A program made the position numbers and the translations under genes. From Candidatus Pelearchaeum maunauluense (GTDB lineage: Archaea; Thermoproteota; Nitrososphaeria_A; Caldarchaeales; Caldarchaeaceae), in the NCBI GenBank assembly GCA_030059675.1, contig JANVYQ010000011.1, positions 1-51,454 of the forward strand: a stretch of 51,454 bases of DNA, given 5' to 3'. Under the pieces are notes generated by a model. That model saw nothing but the letters and a program-made list of their open reading frames with translations, ran no database searches and had not been told where the DNA came from. Position 1 is the stretch's first letter. Each line of letters begins with the position of its first letter. This document shows positions 9,810-19,411 of this stretch, in pieces.

Positions 9810-10538
9810 ATGCCATCACGTATAAACTGTGATGATATTTACAATGTCCTTGTTAAACTCCTCTCGCGATACTTTGATCCCTTTGAAGAGATTTCAGCAA
9901 GTGAATATCTTGAAATTGCTCGCAGTCTTTTAGATCTTTACCGCTGCGAGAAAATGAAAAGATTAGATAGGCAGGAACATGAGAAGATCAGTGATACATT
10001 AGCTATATTAAGTAAATTAATTCGTCTTTCAAAAGACGTTGTTGTAGAGAAGTATAGGAATATAAAATATCGTGAGAAATTAAGAGAATATATACGCCTT
10101 TCTACTGAAAGTGAAATAAAGATTTTACAAGATTATATCAAGCAGGGTTTACAAATAGCAGGACTTAACATACCTTCCTTAGCTCCATTTATAGCTGACA
10201 AAATATTCTTATCGTATATTGGAACTACTATAAAATTATCTGCCTTAATAACTCTTGCTATAAAAAAGCATTGGAGTCAAAGAGAGATTCGTAAATTCTC
10301 AGTCCATATGGAAAACATTGCAAACGAAGTATTAAAGAAGACGAAAGAGCTCTATGAGGATTATGATGAATCTAAGCGTATAATTGGCAATATTACTGAA
10401 AAATCATTAAACGAATATTATTTGGAGGAATTGACAAAAAGACTATATCAGGAATCAATATATTCAAACACACCCGAGGTAATAGCATTAGCTACAGAAC
10501 TGCAGAAATTACGCCAACAATTGTTAAAAATAAAGTGA
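9810..10538 (+). CDS. Hypothetical AT-rich helical protein
   Basis: 242-aa ORF; no recognised motif. Confidence 0.55.
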   Translation: MPSRINCDDIYNVLVKLLSRYFDPFEEISASEYLEIARSLLDLYRCEKMKRLDRQEHEKISDTLAILSKLIRLSKDVVVEKYRNIKYREKLREYIRLSTESEIKILQDYIKQGLQIAGLNIPSLAPFIADKIFLSYIGTTIKLSALITLAIKKHWSQREIRKFSVHMENIANEVLKKTKELYEDYDESKRIIGNITEKSLNEYYLEELTKRLYQESIYSNTPEVIALATELQKLRQQLLKIK

Positions 10539-10824
10539 AGTTTATTCATGAATTTTATTTATCGCATTCTATAGAATTTTGAAACAGTCAAATGTTATAT
10601 AGCCATCAAGCTAGGCGAATATGAGTATAGTTTTTACGTTGACGAAAAGATGAACAGACGCTGTTAGAAGAAAGATAAATTAGTATTGTTGAAGTACTGT
10701 GGTTCTACGCTCTTTAGAGAGTTTACTGTAAAATGAGATGATAAAGTGTTATAAAAGAATGATAAGCTTGTAGGTCATTACATAAGTGAACCTTTTTATC
10801 CTGCGAGGATTGGTCTCTCCTTGT

Positions 10825-11967
10825 ATGAGGACTACGGTCTCTGTTATTAAGGCTGATGTTGGCAGTGTGGCTGGTCATCATAGGCCGCATCAGGAGATGC
10901 TGAACTATGCTGCTAGGAAGCTTAGGGAGGCGGAAGAAACAGGGCTACTCGGATCAGGCTACGTAACGCACTGCGGAGACGACATAATCTTAGTCATGAC
11001 ACACAACAAGGGAGAGAACAATCCAGAGATTCATGGTCTTGCTTGGAGCATCTTCAAGGAAGTAACAGAAAAGGTGTCTAGGAAGCTGAAGCTCTATGGT
11101 GCTGGTCAAGACTTACTAAGTGACGCATTTAGTGGAAACGTTAGAGGATTAGGGCCTGGTGTAGCTGAACTTGAGTTCAACGAAAGAGGCTCTGACCCAA
11201 TCGTTGTCTTCGCAGCAGATAAGACAGAGCCAGGGGCATGGAACATACCTTTGTATAGGATATTCGCATCACCCGATAATACAGCGGGGCTGGTCATAGA
11301 CCCAAAACTACACGACGGATTCAAGTTCGAGGTTCTTGACTTAATCGAGTCTCAAGTTGTGACGTTGAAGACGCCTGAAGAGATGTATGACTTGATTGGG
11401 CTGATTGGAACCCCTGGCCGCTACGCCATCAGCAAGATCTACCGTGCAGTCGACGACGAGCCCGCAGCAGCCGCAAGCACCACCCGTTTGAGCTTGATAG
11501 CCGGTCGCTATGTCGGAAAGGATGATCCTGTGCTAGTTATTCGTTGCCAAGCTGGTTTTCCTGCTGTAGGGGAGGTGTTAAGTGCATTCGCCGTCCCACC
11601 CCTTGTTTCCGGCTGGATGAGAGGTAGCCACAGGGGGCCATTAATGCCTGTTTCCTTCCGCAAAGGCCAGAATGTGGTAAGTTTCTTCGACGGCCCGCCG
11701 AGGGTCATGGCTATGGGCTGGCAGGTTTCGAATGGACGATTGGTTGGCGTGGAGGGTATAGAGCCTGCTGACCTGTTTGAAGATCCGTTCTGGGAATATG
11801 CAAGACAAAAGGCCGCTGAGCTTGCTGTCTATTTAAGGACGATGGGTGAATTCGAACCAGCCCGGTTAAGCCATGAAGAGATGGAATATACAACGCTTCC
11901 GCAAATATTGGAGAAACTAAAACCAAGGTTCAGGCCAGTAGAGGAGAAACAGGTAACAGAGAAGTAA
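10825..11967 (+). CDS. fbp: Fructose-1,6-bisphosphate aldolase/phosphatase (FBPase class V)
   Basis: IKADVGS, CGDDI, LYGAGQDLLSDAFSGN, ADKTEPGAWN, YVGKDDP, GWMRGSH, FDGPPRV and EMEYTTLP motifs. Confidence 0.97.
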   Translation: MRTTVSVIKADVGSVAGHHRPHQEMLNYAARKLREAEETGLLGSGYVTHCGDDIILVMTHNKGENNPEIHGLAWSIFKEVTEKVSRKLKLYGAGQDLLSDAFSGNVRGLGPGVAELEFNERGSDPIVVFAADKTEPGAWNIPLYRIFASPDNTAGLVIDPKLHDGFKFEVLDLIESQVVTLKTPEEMYDLIGLIGTPGRYAISKIYRAVDDEPAAAASTTRLSLIAGRYVGKDDPVLVIRCQAGFPAVGEVLSAFAVPPLVSGWMRGSHRGPLMPVSFRKGQNVVSFFDGPPRVMAMGWQVSNGRLVGVEGIEPADLFEDPFWEYARQKAAELAVYLRTMGEFEPARLSHEEMEYTTLPQILEKLKPRFRPVEEKQVTEK

Positions 11968-11980
11968 CAGTCTGCTTAAT

Positions 11981-11990
11981 CCCCTTTTTT
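11981..11990 (+). terminator. Oligo-T archaeal terminator candidate after fbp
   Basis: CCCCTTTTTT 14 nt after the stop codon. Confidence 0.4.
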
Positions 11991-12125
11991 ATAATATATA
12001 CAATTAACCATATAGAACTATATTTCAGGAATTTAGTCCAATTAAAATGGAAAAATGGGAGATTGGTGGTCGGGCATGATTATCTAAGAACATAAACTAT
12101 GATGATCGCATAGCTTTTATCAACT

Positions 12126-13416
12126 TCAGCCTCTGCCTTTTCTGTTAATGGTAACCAGTGGGCTTACGCTATTAATGGAATTCATAATCGTTGAATTGTT
12201 AACGCGCAAAATGTACAGAACCTTTTGTACAGCGTTCGTCACTTTATTCTTCCCCTGCTTATTAGGAACTCTAATCGATCTTGATCTCACACCATAGCGG
12301 ATTCCCAGTTTATCCAAGGCTACAGAAGCTAGCAGAGGATCACGAGTTCGTTTGTATTAGCGAATTCTACGTCATATCTTGTTTTCCAACCGTTAACCTG
12401 TGGACGTGTAAAGTATACTGTTCCCTCAGCGTCGAATAGACCAGCTAGGAATTCTGCAGGGAAGCTTAAAGCGATCGGTATAAGCAATGGAGGGTTTATC
12501 TTTGACACATATACTAGGCCTGAAAGTATTCTATTACATGTGCAGCACGCTAGTTGGTTATTATTTTTTTCTGTCCACGATTATCCACATCTTGATGTCT
12601 CTAAAGCTGAGGCGGCGTCTCTCTGCAAAAGCCTTAACAAAACTTTTGTCGACAGCTTCCAATCTAGCACGAATATGATCCATGTCCTTAAGAGAACTGC
12701 CATCGCCTATTAGAGCCCCTAAAATATAAGCGAGTTTAGCGTTAAAGAGAGGTAAACACTTGAATCGCTTCATAGGAGGTAAGCATTGTCTATTAAGCCA
12801 ATTAGTTATTTTAACCTCATTGACTTCATAGCCTAATCAATGCCTTAGCCAAGCTTTAACGTACCAGTGGGGTCTATTACGTATTCTACGTGTTTCGTAG
12901 TACAGTATTATTTTCCTAATAGGATCGTGCGGCTTAACTTTACCTTGATTTGCGGCCTGAACAAAGCACCTAAGCTCATCTATAGTGTAAATGTTGATTA
13001 TGCTTGATTCACTCTTCTTTAACTCAAGGGCTTCTATGAAGTGATTAAGTTCTTCCGGTCTAAGGTATTCCGTAAGCTTCAGGTCTCCGTAGAGTCTAGA
13101 TATTCCATCATTAATACGACTTGGAAGATATCGTTGAAACTCCTTAAGTATTAGCCCACGATTCTTCAACAGCAACTTTATGTTAATATGTTCTTCGTTC
13201 GTGTGATATCTTACGATATCTTCAGGTTTGATGCGGGTGTCCCTGTATTGTCTAATACGTTCCGCGATAATTTTCGCGTTTTCCCAGTCTAGTCTCCTTT
13301 TGTAGGAGTATGCTCTTCCAAGTATTCGGGCCTCGATATAGGTTAGAAGTTTTTGCTCATCTACTTCTTCTATTCTTGGAGGCTATCCCGGGGATTTTTA
13401 TCGGCGGGAGGTGCAT
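12126..13416 (-). pseudogene. Two-motif LAGLIDADG endonuclease-like gene with N-terminal extension, multiply frameshifted
   Basis: LAYILGALIGDG (about 12700-12735) and, in another frame, FLAGLFDAEG (about 12422-12451). Fragments 12837-13175, 12561-12773 and 12126-12317 are collinear. Confidence 0.7.
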
Positions 13417-13481
13417 TGCCCAAACGCCAGACCCGAAGGGGAGGGACGGGCTCTCCTCCCGCCTTGCAACTCCCCCTCGGG
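13403..13481 (-). other. GC-rich structured element (12-bp stem plus crossing 9-bp stem)
   Basis: 13432-13443 pairs with 13470-13481 (one G.U pair on the minus strand); 13403-13411 pairs with 13455-13463. Confidence 0.5.
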
Positions 13482-13482
13482 G

Positions 13483-13689
13483 CTAGGGTCTAAGCTTGAC
13501 TTCGTTCTTCACTAAGAATCTATAGATTGGCATGGGAGATGCGTCTATGCCGTGTTTGTCTACTAGCCAGGGGCGTATTTGATATATTCACTTCTTCTCT
13601 TTTAGATAAAGCCTTAGTATCTCGTTAGAATACGCTGCTAATCTAGTTTGATGGTTGGCTTTCTTTCCGCGTTCAACCTTGCCAGTCAT
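13483..13689 (-). pseudogene. Small HTH-like DNA-binding protein with in-frame TGA (13590-13588)
   Basis: MTGKVERG...EILRLYLKEKK*IYQIRPWLVDKHGIDASPMPIYRFLVKNEVKLRP. Confidence 0.5.
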
Positions 13690-14490
13690 CTTCCTTGCCT
13701 CCTTTTCGATAGTATTCAACGGGGTTTCTTATCTTCGGGCATACTGCGCCGTTTTCTACGCATAGTCCTAGTGTCCTCATTTTATCGCATGATGGCGGCA
13801 GGTATCTTGTCCCTGAGCCTCTAAGTCCAGCTATGTGCTCAATTTGATACCTAGCTATCCTTTCGTCGAAGTCAGCCCTTGCTTTAAAGATCTCCAGAAC
13901 CTCGTTTACGCCGTAGCCCTTTCGAGGTAGATAAGCCGCTAGGCTGAAGCTCTCCATATGCGTGGCGTCTGACAACCTCGCTGCTATCGCCTTCATGTAA
14001 GGAGGCCACTCCTCAGCGGTTGCAGGAATGACTACTGTCCTAGCCCTTCTATCCATAAGCTTCTGCTTTAGCTTTTGGGATACTGCTAGAAGCTCCTCAG
14101 GAATTATTATCTCTCTAGGCGTTATCTCGTTAAGACTCTCAAGGAACTTGTGATATATTGCTTGTCTGAGTAGCCTTATAGCCCTAGCCTTGCCGAGATA
14201 GACATATCCTCTCTCAATTCTCTGGTCTGCGAGAGACCATGACGGCTCGCTTAGCAGCTCCCAAGCAGACTTGAGGTATTCAATCCACCTGACCTTATAG
14301 TCTCCATCCCCCTTCTATCCTCAGCGGCGACCGCCTAACCAACTCTAATAGCATATCCTCGTCCTCCACGTGTAGTAGCTTCTCACATCTAACGGCTTCC
14401 GCGAGATTCCACCTACGCTTAAACCAGCTATCGCCTAATTAAGCAAAACCCACCTTAACAATAGGAAACTAAGTAAATCGACTAGATTGA
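13673..14490 (-). pseudogene. priL: DNA primase large subunit, degraded copy
   Basis: FDERIARYQIEHIAGLRGSGTRYLPPSCDKMRTLGLC; PPC motif reads PPY; upstream fragments (SFPI, RRWNLAEA, WSLADQRIERGYVYL) are separated by a stop and a frameshift. Confidence 0.85.
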
Positions 14491-14563
14491 CCACGTTCTT
14501 ATTTAAGCCAGACTTTCGTTAAAATAAGAATTGAAGATTTTATGACCATAAGGAAGTTGCAGG

Positions 14564-14890
14564 TTAAATAGTCATTAGTTTCAGATTTGATATTTGTGTA
14601 ATATCTTCAAAGTCCTTGTCGTTTGTTAATAGTTCTTCATTTCTGTTTATGCATATTGCTGCTACCAGTAGGTCTGAGAAAGGCTTTGGTTTTCCTATTT
14701 TCATAAGCGTTAGCTGTAGTTTATAAGCTAGTTCATAATCTTCTGGAATATGATAAACAGTTCTTCCTGTGAACTTTTTATAACTGAGGATTTGAGGGAA
14801 TTCTACAATTGATACAACAGTTATATCCTCCGCTATTTCATTCCGCTTTCTAACGAAGTCCACTAGCATACTGGTATCTAGTATTGTCAA
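14564..14890 (-). CDS. vapC: VapC PIN-domain toxin (appears intact)
   Basis: ILDTSML, SIVE, SDLLVAAICI and LLTNDKDF motifs. Confidence 0.85.
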   Translation of the reverse strand: MTILDTSMLVDFVRKRNEIAEDITVVSIVEFPQILSYKKFTGRTVYHIPEDYELAYKLQLTLMKIGKPKPFSDLLVAAICINRNEELLTNDKDFEDITQISNLKLMTI

Positions 14891-15093
14891 TCAATTATCC
14901 TCTTCTTCTCCTTTTCCCTTATACTACTAACGTGATCATTAACATCTATTTCTTCTTTAAGCTCACTGATGCCGAATTTATTACGTAGATGCTCTACAGG
15001 GACATAGGAGAATGTGTATGCTATCTCCTTTACCCTCTTCCTAACCATCTCCTCATCAACCCAATCTGGGACCTCAACCCAAACTCTCTTCAT
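14887..15093 (-). CDS. Putative VapB antitoxin
   Basis: Small ORF (MKRVWVEVPDWVDEE) overlapping the start of vapC. Confidence 0.7.
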   Translation of the reverse strand: MKRVWVEVPDWVDEEMVRKRVKEIAYTFSYVPVEHLRNKFGISELKEEIDVNDHVSSIREKEKKRIID

Positions 15094-15339
15094 ATCTATG
15101 AAACTAAACACTTAGCAGCTATTTGAATATCCTCACCTAGATAGTTTCGCATCATATTAGCCAAGAGGTGTTAGAACATTAATTAAATAGATAACAATAC
15201 TCCTGTTTTATTAGTTAGAGCACAGGCTGGTTTCCAGCGGTTGGGGGTATACTACTCTGCCGCAGATATTGAAGAAGTTGAAGCCGCTATTCAAACCGCT
15301 GGAGAAAGTAGGGTTAAGGCTGAGAAATACTTGTTTATT

Positions 15340-15483
15340 CTATTCAGGTTTTTTGTTAACGAATAAGCTTGCATATGCATGGGGACAGGTACGCGTCTTC
15401 TCGCTAGTATATCCTTCCATCACGTATTTTATCTCTGCCCATCCCTCGGGCTTTCCCCAGGAGGCTATGAGCACAGACCGCAT
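15340..15483 (-). pseudogene. csx1: 5' stub of CRISPR-associated CARF ribonuclease Csx1
   Basis: MRSVLIASWGKPEGWAEIKY resembles the Pyrococcus-type Csx1 N-terminus (VLxxxWGNPxxWxxIxY); it stops after 47 codons. TATA-like box near 15505-15514. Confidence 0.65.
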
Positions 15484-15763
15484 CTCAAGCTGATATGAAG
15501 CGGCTTAAATATATCACCTTCCCCATCGATATATAAGATAGCAGAGATCTAGGCGGGTTTAGCCTGTTAGGCCATTGTAGAATGCTCTCACATTGTTTGT
15601 AATTGTTCTAATCCTCTTCGGCTAGAGTCTCGTTCTTCGCATAGAAATCACTGTATCGCCGTTATCTGGCTTTGAGCAGCCTAGGTTTGGGAGTTATCTC
15701 AAGATATGGTAGGGGTAGGCCTACAACATATATTTAGCAAGCTTTACCAACAGATGTGGAAGT

Positions 15764-16810
15764 ATGCTTAGGCTTGGGTACTGGGCTGCGCAGGAGCAAT
15801 ACGACCCTGAGCGGCTGCTTTCCTTTGCAGTTCATGCTGAGGCTGTGGGTTTTGACATCATAGTTACCAGCGACCATTTCCATCCGTGGAGTGATACTGG
15901 CGGTCAGTCTGGTTTTCCTTGGGTATGGCTAGTGGCTGTTGCTGAGAAGACTAAGAAGGTTGAGGTCGGCACCGCCGTAACTACTCCGCTCTTTCGCTAC
16001 CACCCAGCCATAGTCGCCCAAGCATTCGCCACGCTGGATTATCTCTATCCTGGTAGGATATTCATAACCGTCGGAACAGGCCACGCTATGAATGAAACGC
16101 CCCTGGGCTATAAGTGGCCAGGTTTTAAGGAGAAGGTTGAACGCCTCCGCGAGGCTGTGGAGATTATCCAGCTTCTTTGGAAGGGTGATTTCGTTGATTA
16201 TGAGGGGAAGTACTACCAGCTCAAGACGGCTAAGCTATACACGAAGCCTAAGACGAAGATACCGATGTATGTGGCAACGTCTAACGCTAGGGTTGCTGAG
16301 ATGGCTGGCGAGCTTTGTGATGGTATCTTAACGAATCCGCGTGGTCTTGAGAGGTTTCTGGAAATAATAGATGCGATGGAGCGGGGTGCGCGCAGGGCTG
16401 GGAGAGACCCCGCGCGGCTAAGCAAGGCTATGGAGTTTAAGGTCTCGTATGACGTTGATTATGATAGGGCTTATAGGTCTGCTCTCTTCTGGGCGCCTAC
16501 AGCTATTCCGCGCGATAAGCGCGAGCATGTCTCAGACCCGAGGCAGCTTGAAGCTCTTGTCGGCGAGAACGAGAGGCGGAAGATAAAGGAAACCTGGCTC
16601 ATAACAACCGATTCTGACGACATATACAAGGCTCTGGCGAACTTCCTCAAGATGGGTTTTGACAGGGTTTATATCCACAGCGCAAGCCCTAACGAGGAGA
16701 AGTTTCTAAACTTGTTGGGCCGTGAGATACTGCCGTGGGCTCGCGAGTTCTTCGCTGAGAAGGTGGAGCCCCGAATGCGCTACAGGCCCCTGCGTATGCG
16801 TGTTGAGTAG
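15764..16810 (+). CDS. F420-dependent LLM-class oxidoreductase, G6PDH family
   Basis: AQEQY, SDHFHPW, GTAVTTP, RYHPAIVAQAFATL and GTGHAMNE motifs. Confidence 0.9.
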   Translation: MLRLGYWAAQEQYDPERLLSFAVHAEAVGFDIIVTSDHFHPWSDTGGQSGFPWVWLVAVAEKTKKVEVGTAVTTPLFRYHPAIVAQAFATLDYLYPGRIFITVGTGHAMNETPLGYKWPGFKEKVERLREAVEIIQLLWKGDFVDYEGKYYQLKTAKLYTKPKTKIPMYVATSNARVAEMAGELCDGILTNPRGLERFLEIIDAMERGARRAGRDPARLSKAMEFKVSYDVDYDRAYRSALFWAPTAIPRDKREHVSDPRQLEALVGENERRKIKETWLITTDSDDIYKALANFLKMGFDRVYIHSASPNEEKFLNLLGREILPWAREFFAEKVEPRMRYRPLRMRVE

Positions 16811-16824
16811 AAGGGGATGTAGTG

Positions 16825-18060
16825 TCAGGATGTTACTGATTGGTGCCATCTGATAATGTACTCTGGTAGCCTGAAGCCTGCCTGCTCCAGCCGCTCAACT
16901 AGGAATATAGGCAGCGGACTCAGGGCGAATGCCGCCTGCATATAGAATCTGCTCGGCCTCCCAGGCTCCTTCTTCGTAGGTATCGCAAGAACTATATCAG
17001 CCATCGAGGCTATCGTGCTGTCTGGGTTTCCGACTACCGCCGCTATAACGCCGCCTAGTCGTTTGAAGTTCTTACACCACGCGGCGACTATCTCGGTCTC
17101 TCCGCTGTTGGATATTACTATGAGGAGGTCTCCAGGCCTGGGTGCTGGCGTGCTTGTCTCGCGTGCTACGAAAACTTGGTCTCCTATGGCGCGTTTGATG
17201 TGTCCTATCCTGACGGCGGTCATCCTAGCTACCTCATGGCTACTTCCGAGGCCTGCGAAGAAGCAGAGGTGTCGCGCCTCAAGTCTGTCTGTAACGAACT
17301 TGTAGAAGTCTGAGGTCATGCTGCTCTCTATGAACGCGGCGGCCTCGCGTAGGGTTTCAAGCGCATACTCATATGCTTTGCGGGGGAGCGCCTCGTCATA
17401 AAGCGCCTCAGCTATCCCGTGGAAGAGAAAACCACTACCAAGGACGAAGGTATCCTCAAGTATCCCCACATCCCTAAACTCACGCGCCTCATCAGGCTCT
17501 TCATCAGCCTCACGCCCCTTCAGCAGAAGCGTGTTACCATACTTACTAGCCAGCCGCGCAATAGGTGAGTCAAGGTCAGACGTAACTAAGTCAATACGAT
17601 AGTCGCGGTGGTTTCCCGTCTTCGCTATATAGACGGCTAAGTTCTGTGCGTCAAGTAGTGGGCTCATAGACCTTCCTGAGCCTGAGTTGATTAGCAGGCA
17701 GACCTGGCCGAAGCGTTGCTTCAGTATTGGCGCCGCCTCGCCGACCTCTCTGCCAGGAAATCCAATATCGCCTCTATCCACCACGAGCTTGCCGCGCTGC
17801 ATCTTGGCCAGCTCGCTACAAGCGATGCTCAACGCGCCCTTAGACCTGCCTTCACCAGAGGGTATTAGAACACCAGCCGACTGTATATCATGGTAAAGCC
17901 GCTCAAGCTGCTCAAGGTCAACAGAGCTCAGGTTGCTGTATATCCTGTTGACATAGCCGAGGCTGGAAATCACCTGCTCCATGCCCAACAACCAGCGTTG
18001 AAAATCTCCTAAACGCAGGCTATAAGGCTGATAATGGCCGTCAAATATATAGTAAGACAT
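16825..18060 (-). CDS. Tandem SIS-domain sugar-phosphate isomerase (PHI/HxlB-like duplication); true start may be further downstream
   Basis: Two SIS repeats: GEGRS...NSGSGRS and GLGSS...GDLLIVISNSGET. Confidence 0.75.
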   Translation of the reverse strand: MSYYIFDGHYQPYSLRLGDFQRWLLGMEQVISSLGYVNRIYSNLSSVDLEQLERLYHDIQSAGVLIPSGEGRSKGALSIACSELAKMQRGKLVVDRGDIGFPGREVGEAAPILKQRFGQVCLLINSGSGRSMSPLLDAQNLAVYIAKTGNHRDYRIDLVTSDLDSPIARLASKYGNTLLLKGREADEEPDEAREFRDVGILEDTFVLGSGFLFHGIAEALYDEALPRKAYEYALETLREAAAFIESSMTSDFYKFVTDRLEARHLCFFAGLGSSHEVARMTAVRIGHIKRAIGDQVFVARETSTPAPRPGDLLIVISNSGETEIVAAWCKNFKRLGGVIAAVVGNPDSTIASMADIVLAIPTKKEPGRPSRFYMQAAFALSPLPIFLVERLEQAGFRLPEYIIRWHQSVTS

Positions 18061-18075
18061 AGAGAAGATACTACT

Positions 18076-18402
18076 GGTGGCGGCGGGAAGGGCCGGGGTG
18101 CTAGCCCTACCCTGTCACCTGAAACGGGCTACATGCAGGGGCCAGATAACCTGTGGGGCGCTTAGGCAGCCGCGCTGGCTGCCAGCCTTTAGGCCATGAA
18201 GACGCGCCGAGGTGGGGCGCCGTAGGCGGGCAAGGCATCCGTAGGGATGCCCCAAACCGCCGAACACGCCGAACTGTGTTAGGCCCGGGAGGGAGCGGCA
18301 CTAAGGCGTGGCGGTGCAGCCTCCTCATAAGCGCGTCCGAGCCACAGGGCTGGATAAACCAGCGCGGTGTCGCCTCTGCCACCCACGGGGGCCGCCGCCA
18401 CC
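18076..18402 (+). ncRNA. ffs: Archaeal SRP (7S) RNA
   Basis: Terminal helix GGTGGCGGC/GCCGCCACC; Alu-like CCCTGTCACCTGAAAC; helix-8 motif AGGCCCGGGAGGGAGC; about 327 nt; TATA-like box at 18043-18052. Confidence 0.92.
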
Positions 18403-18440
18403 TTATAATAACCAAGACCCAAAAAATAATAGAAGGATGT

Positions 18441-18995
18441 TTATGCTGTTTTTCTCTTCCAAGTTATCACGTATCCGAGGCCGCCTAGTAGTAGGCCTAT
18501 CATGAGAAGCGCTAGGAATACTGTTATTGGTGGTATTAGTGGGGCTAGTAGCTCGTGTGCCTGTGCGGCTGTCCAGCCTTTCCCGCCTACCTCCACTGGG
18601 AGCATGTTGCCGCCAGCTACGTATCCGCCGTATATCATAAGCCAGGTGGCGCCCAGTGCGCCTACATTCATGAAGATTAGGTGTATCCACGCGAGGGCTG
18701 AAGCCACGCCCCTATACTGCTTGCCTAGTGTTACCTCAAGATGATGGTAGAAAAGAGCTGTAACAGCCACCCCGACCACGCCAACTATGATATAGCTTAG
18801 GTAGCCTACCGTAAACCACTGGCCAGCTCCGCCGCTGGCTATGACCCGCGAGAACGCCGGCTTCAGCCAGCCGAAGGTCTGGCCGCCGACGAAATAAGAA
18901 GTGAGTAGCGTGGCGAGAAGACCTTGTGTGATTGCCGCGACTATGAAGCGCGAAGACCACTTACTTTCCAGTTTTACTTCTGTTGTATTCATCAT
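18441..18995 (-). CDS. Four-TM membrane protein of unknown function
   Basis: Hydrophobic ORF with LAWIHLIFMNVG motif. Confidence 0.75.
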   Translation of the reverse strand: MMNTTEVKLESKWSSRFIVAAITQGLLATLLTSYFVGGQTFGWLKPAFSRVIASGGAGQWFTVGYLSYIIVGVVGVAVTALFYHHLEVTLGKQYRGVASALAWIHLIFMNVGALGATWLMIYGGYVAGGNMLPVEVGGKGWTAAQAHELLAPLIPPITVFLALLMIGLLLGGLGYVITWKRKTA

Positions 18996-19080
18996 AATTT
19001 AAGGGGCTGTCTTCATGTTAAAAAAGCTTCTGTATTTATAATAAATACTTCCTTCATGAAAACATAATTATTCAGCTCTT

Positions 19081-19386
19081 TTATTGCCACGCGGCCCATG
19101 CTAGGAAGCCTACAGCTAGGAGTCCTGCTAGGCTTATGAGCATGGCGGGTGTTCCGACCTCTGGGCCGAAGCGTGTCGCTAGCTGCGTGAAGCTGGCTAG
19201 GGCTATCAGGCTCTGGGCTAGTATGAGAAATGCGAAGAGCACATGGCCTAGCGTTATGCGCGAAACACCGAAGCGCAGCGCCCTGAGATATAGGTAGAGA
19301 ATTAGCACTGTGAGTATCGCCGAAATACCTGCCATTGTTATTGCGCTCATCCAGATTACTCTGACCACCTTTCCACACCACCACAC
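19081..19386 (-). CDS. Small 3-TM membrane protein (start uncertain)
   Basis: Hydrophobic ORF downstream of an ArsR-like gene. Confidence 0.65.
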   Translation of the reverse strand: MWWCGKVVRVIWMSAITMAGISAILTVLILYLYLRALRFGVSRITLGHVLFAFLILAQSLIALASFTQLATRFGPEVGTPAMLISLAGLLAVGFLAWAAWQ

Positions 19387-19411
19387 CTATCGGGCCGCTT
19401 CCAATCTTAGC

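Noticed and set aside
13385-13485. HDV-like ribozyme
   Set aside because: The topology is suggestive, but the L3 UCC-type loop, the GG directly after P1 and the J4/2 catalytic context do not match.
8000-15700. CRISPR array near the cas remnants
   Set aside because: No regularly spaced direct repeats were seen.
1-15700. Integrase or transposase defining the island
   Set aside because: No tyrosine/serine recombinase or transposase motifs and no terminal repeats were recognised.
18076-18402. RNase P RNA
   Set aside because: Lacks the GAGGAAAGTCC motif and has the SRP Alu and helix-8 motifs instead.
18107-18505. ORFs 18107-18415, 18153-18488 and 18308-18505
   Set aside because: Shadow ORFs over the GC-rich SRP RNA.
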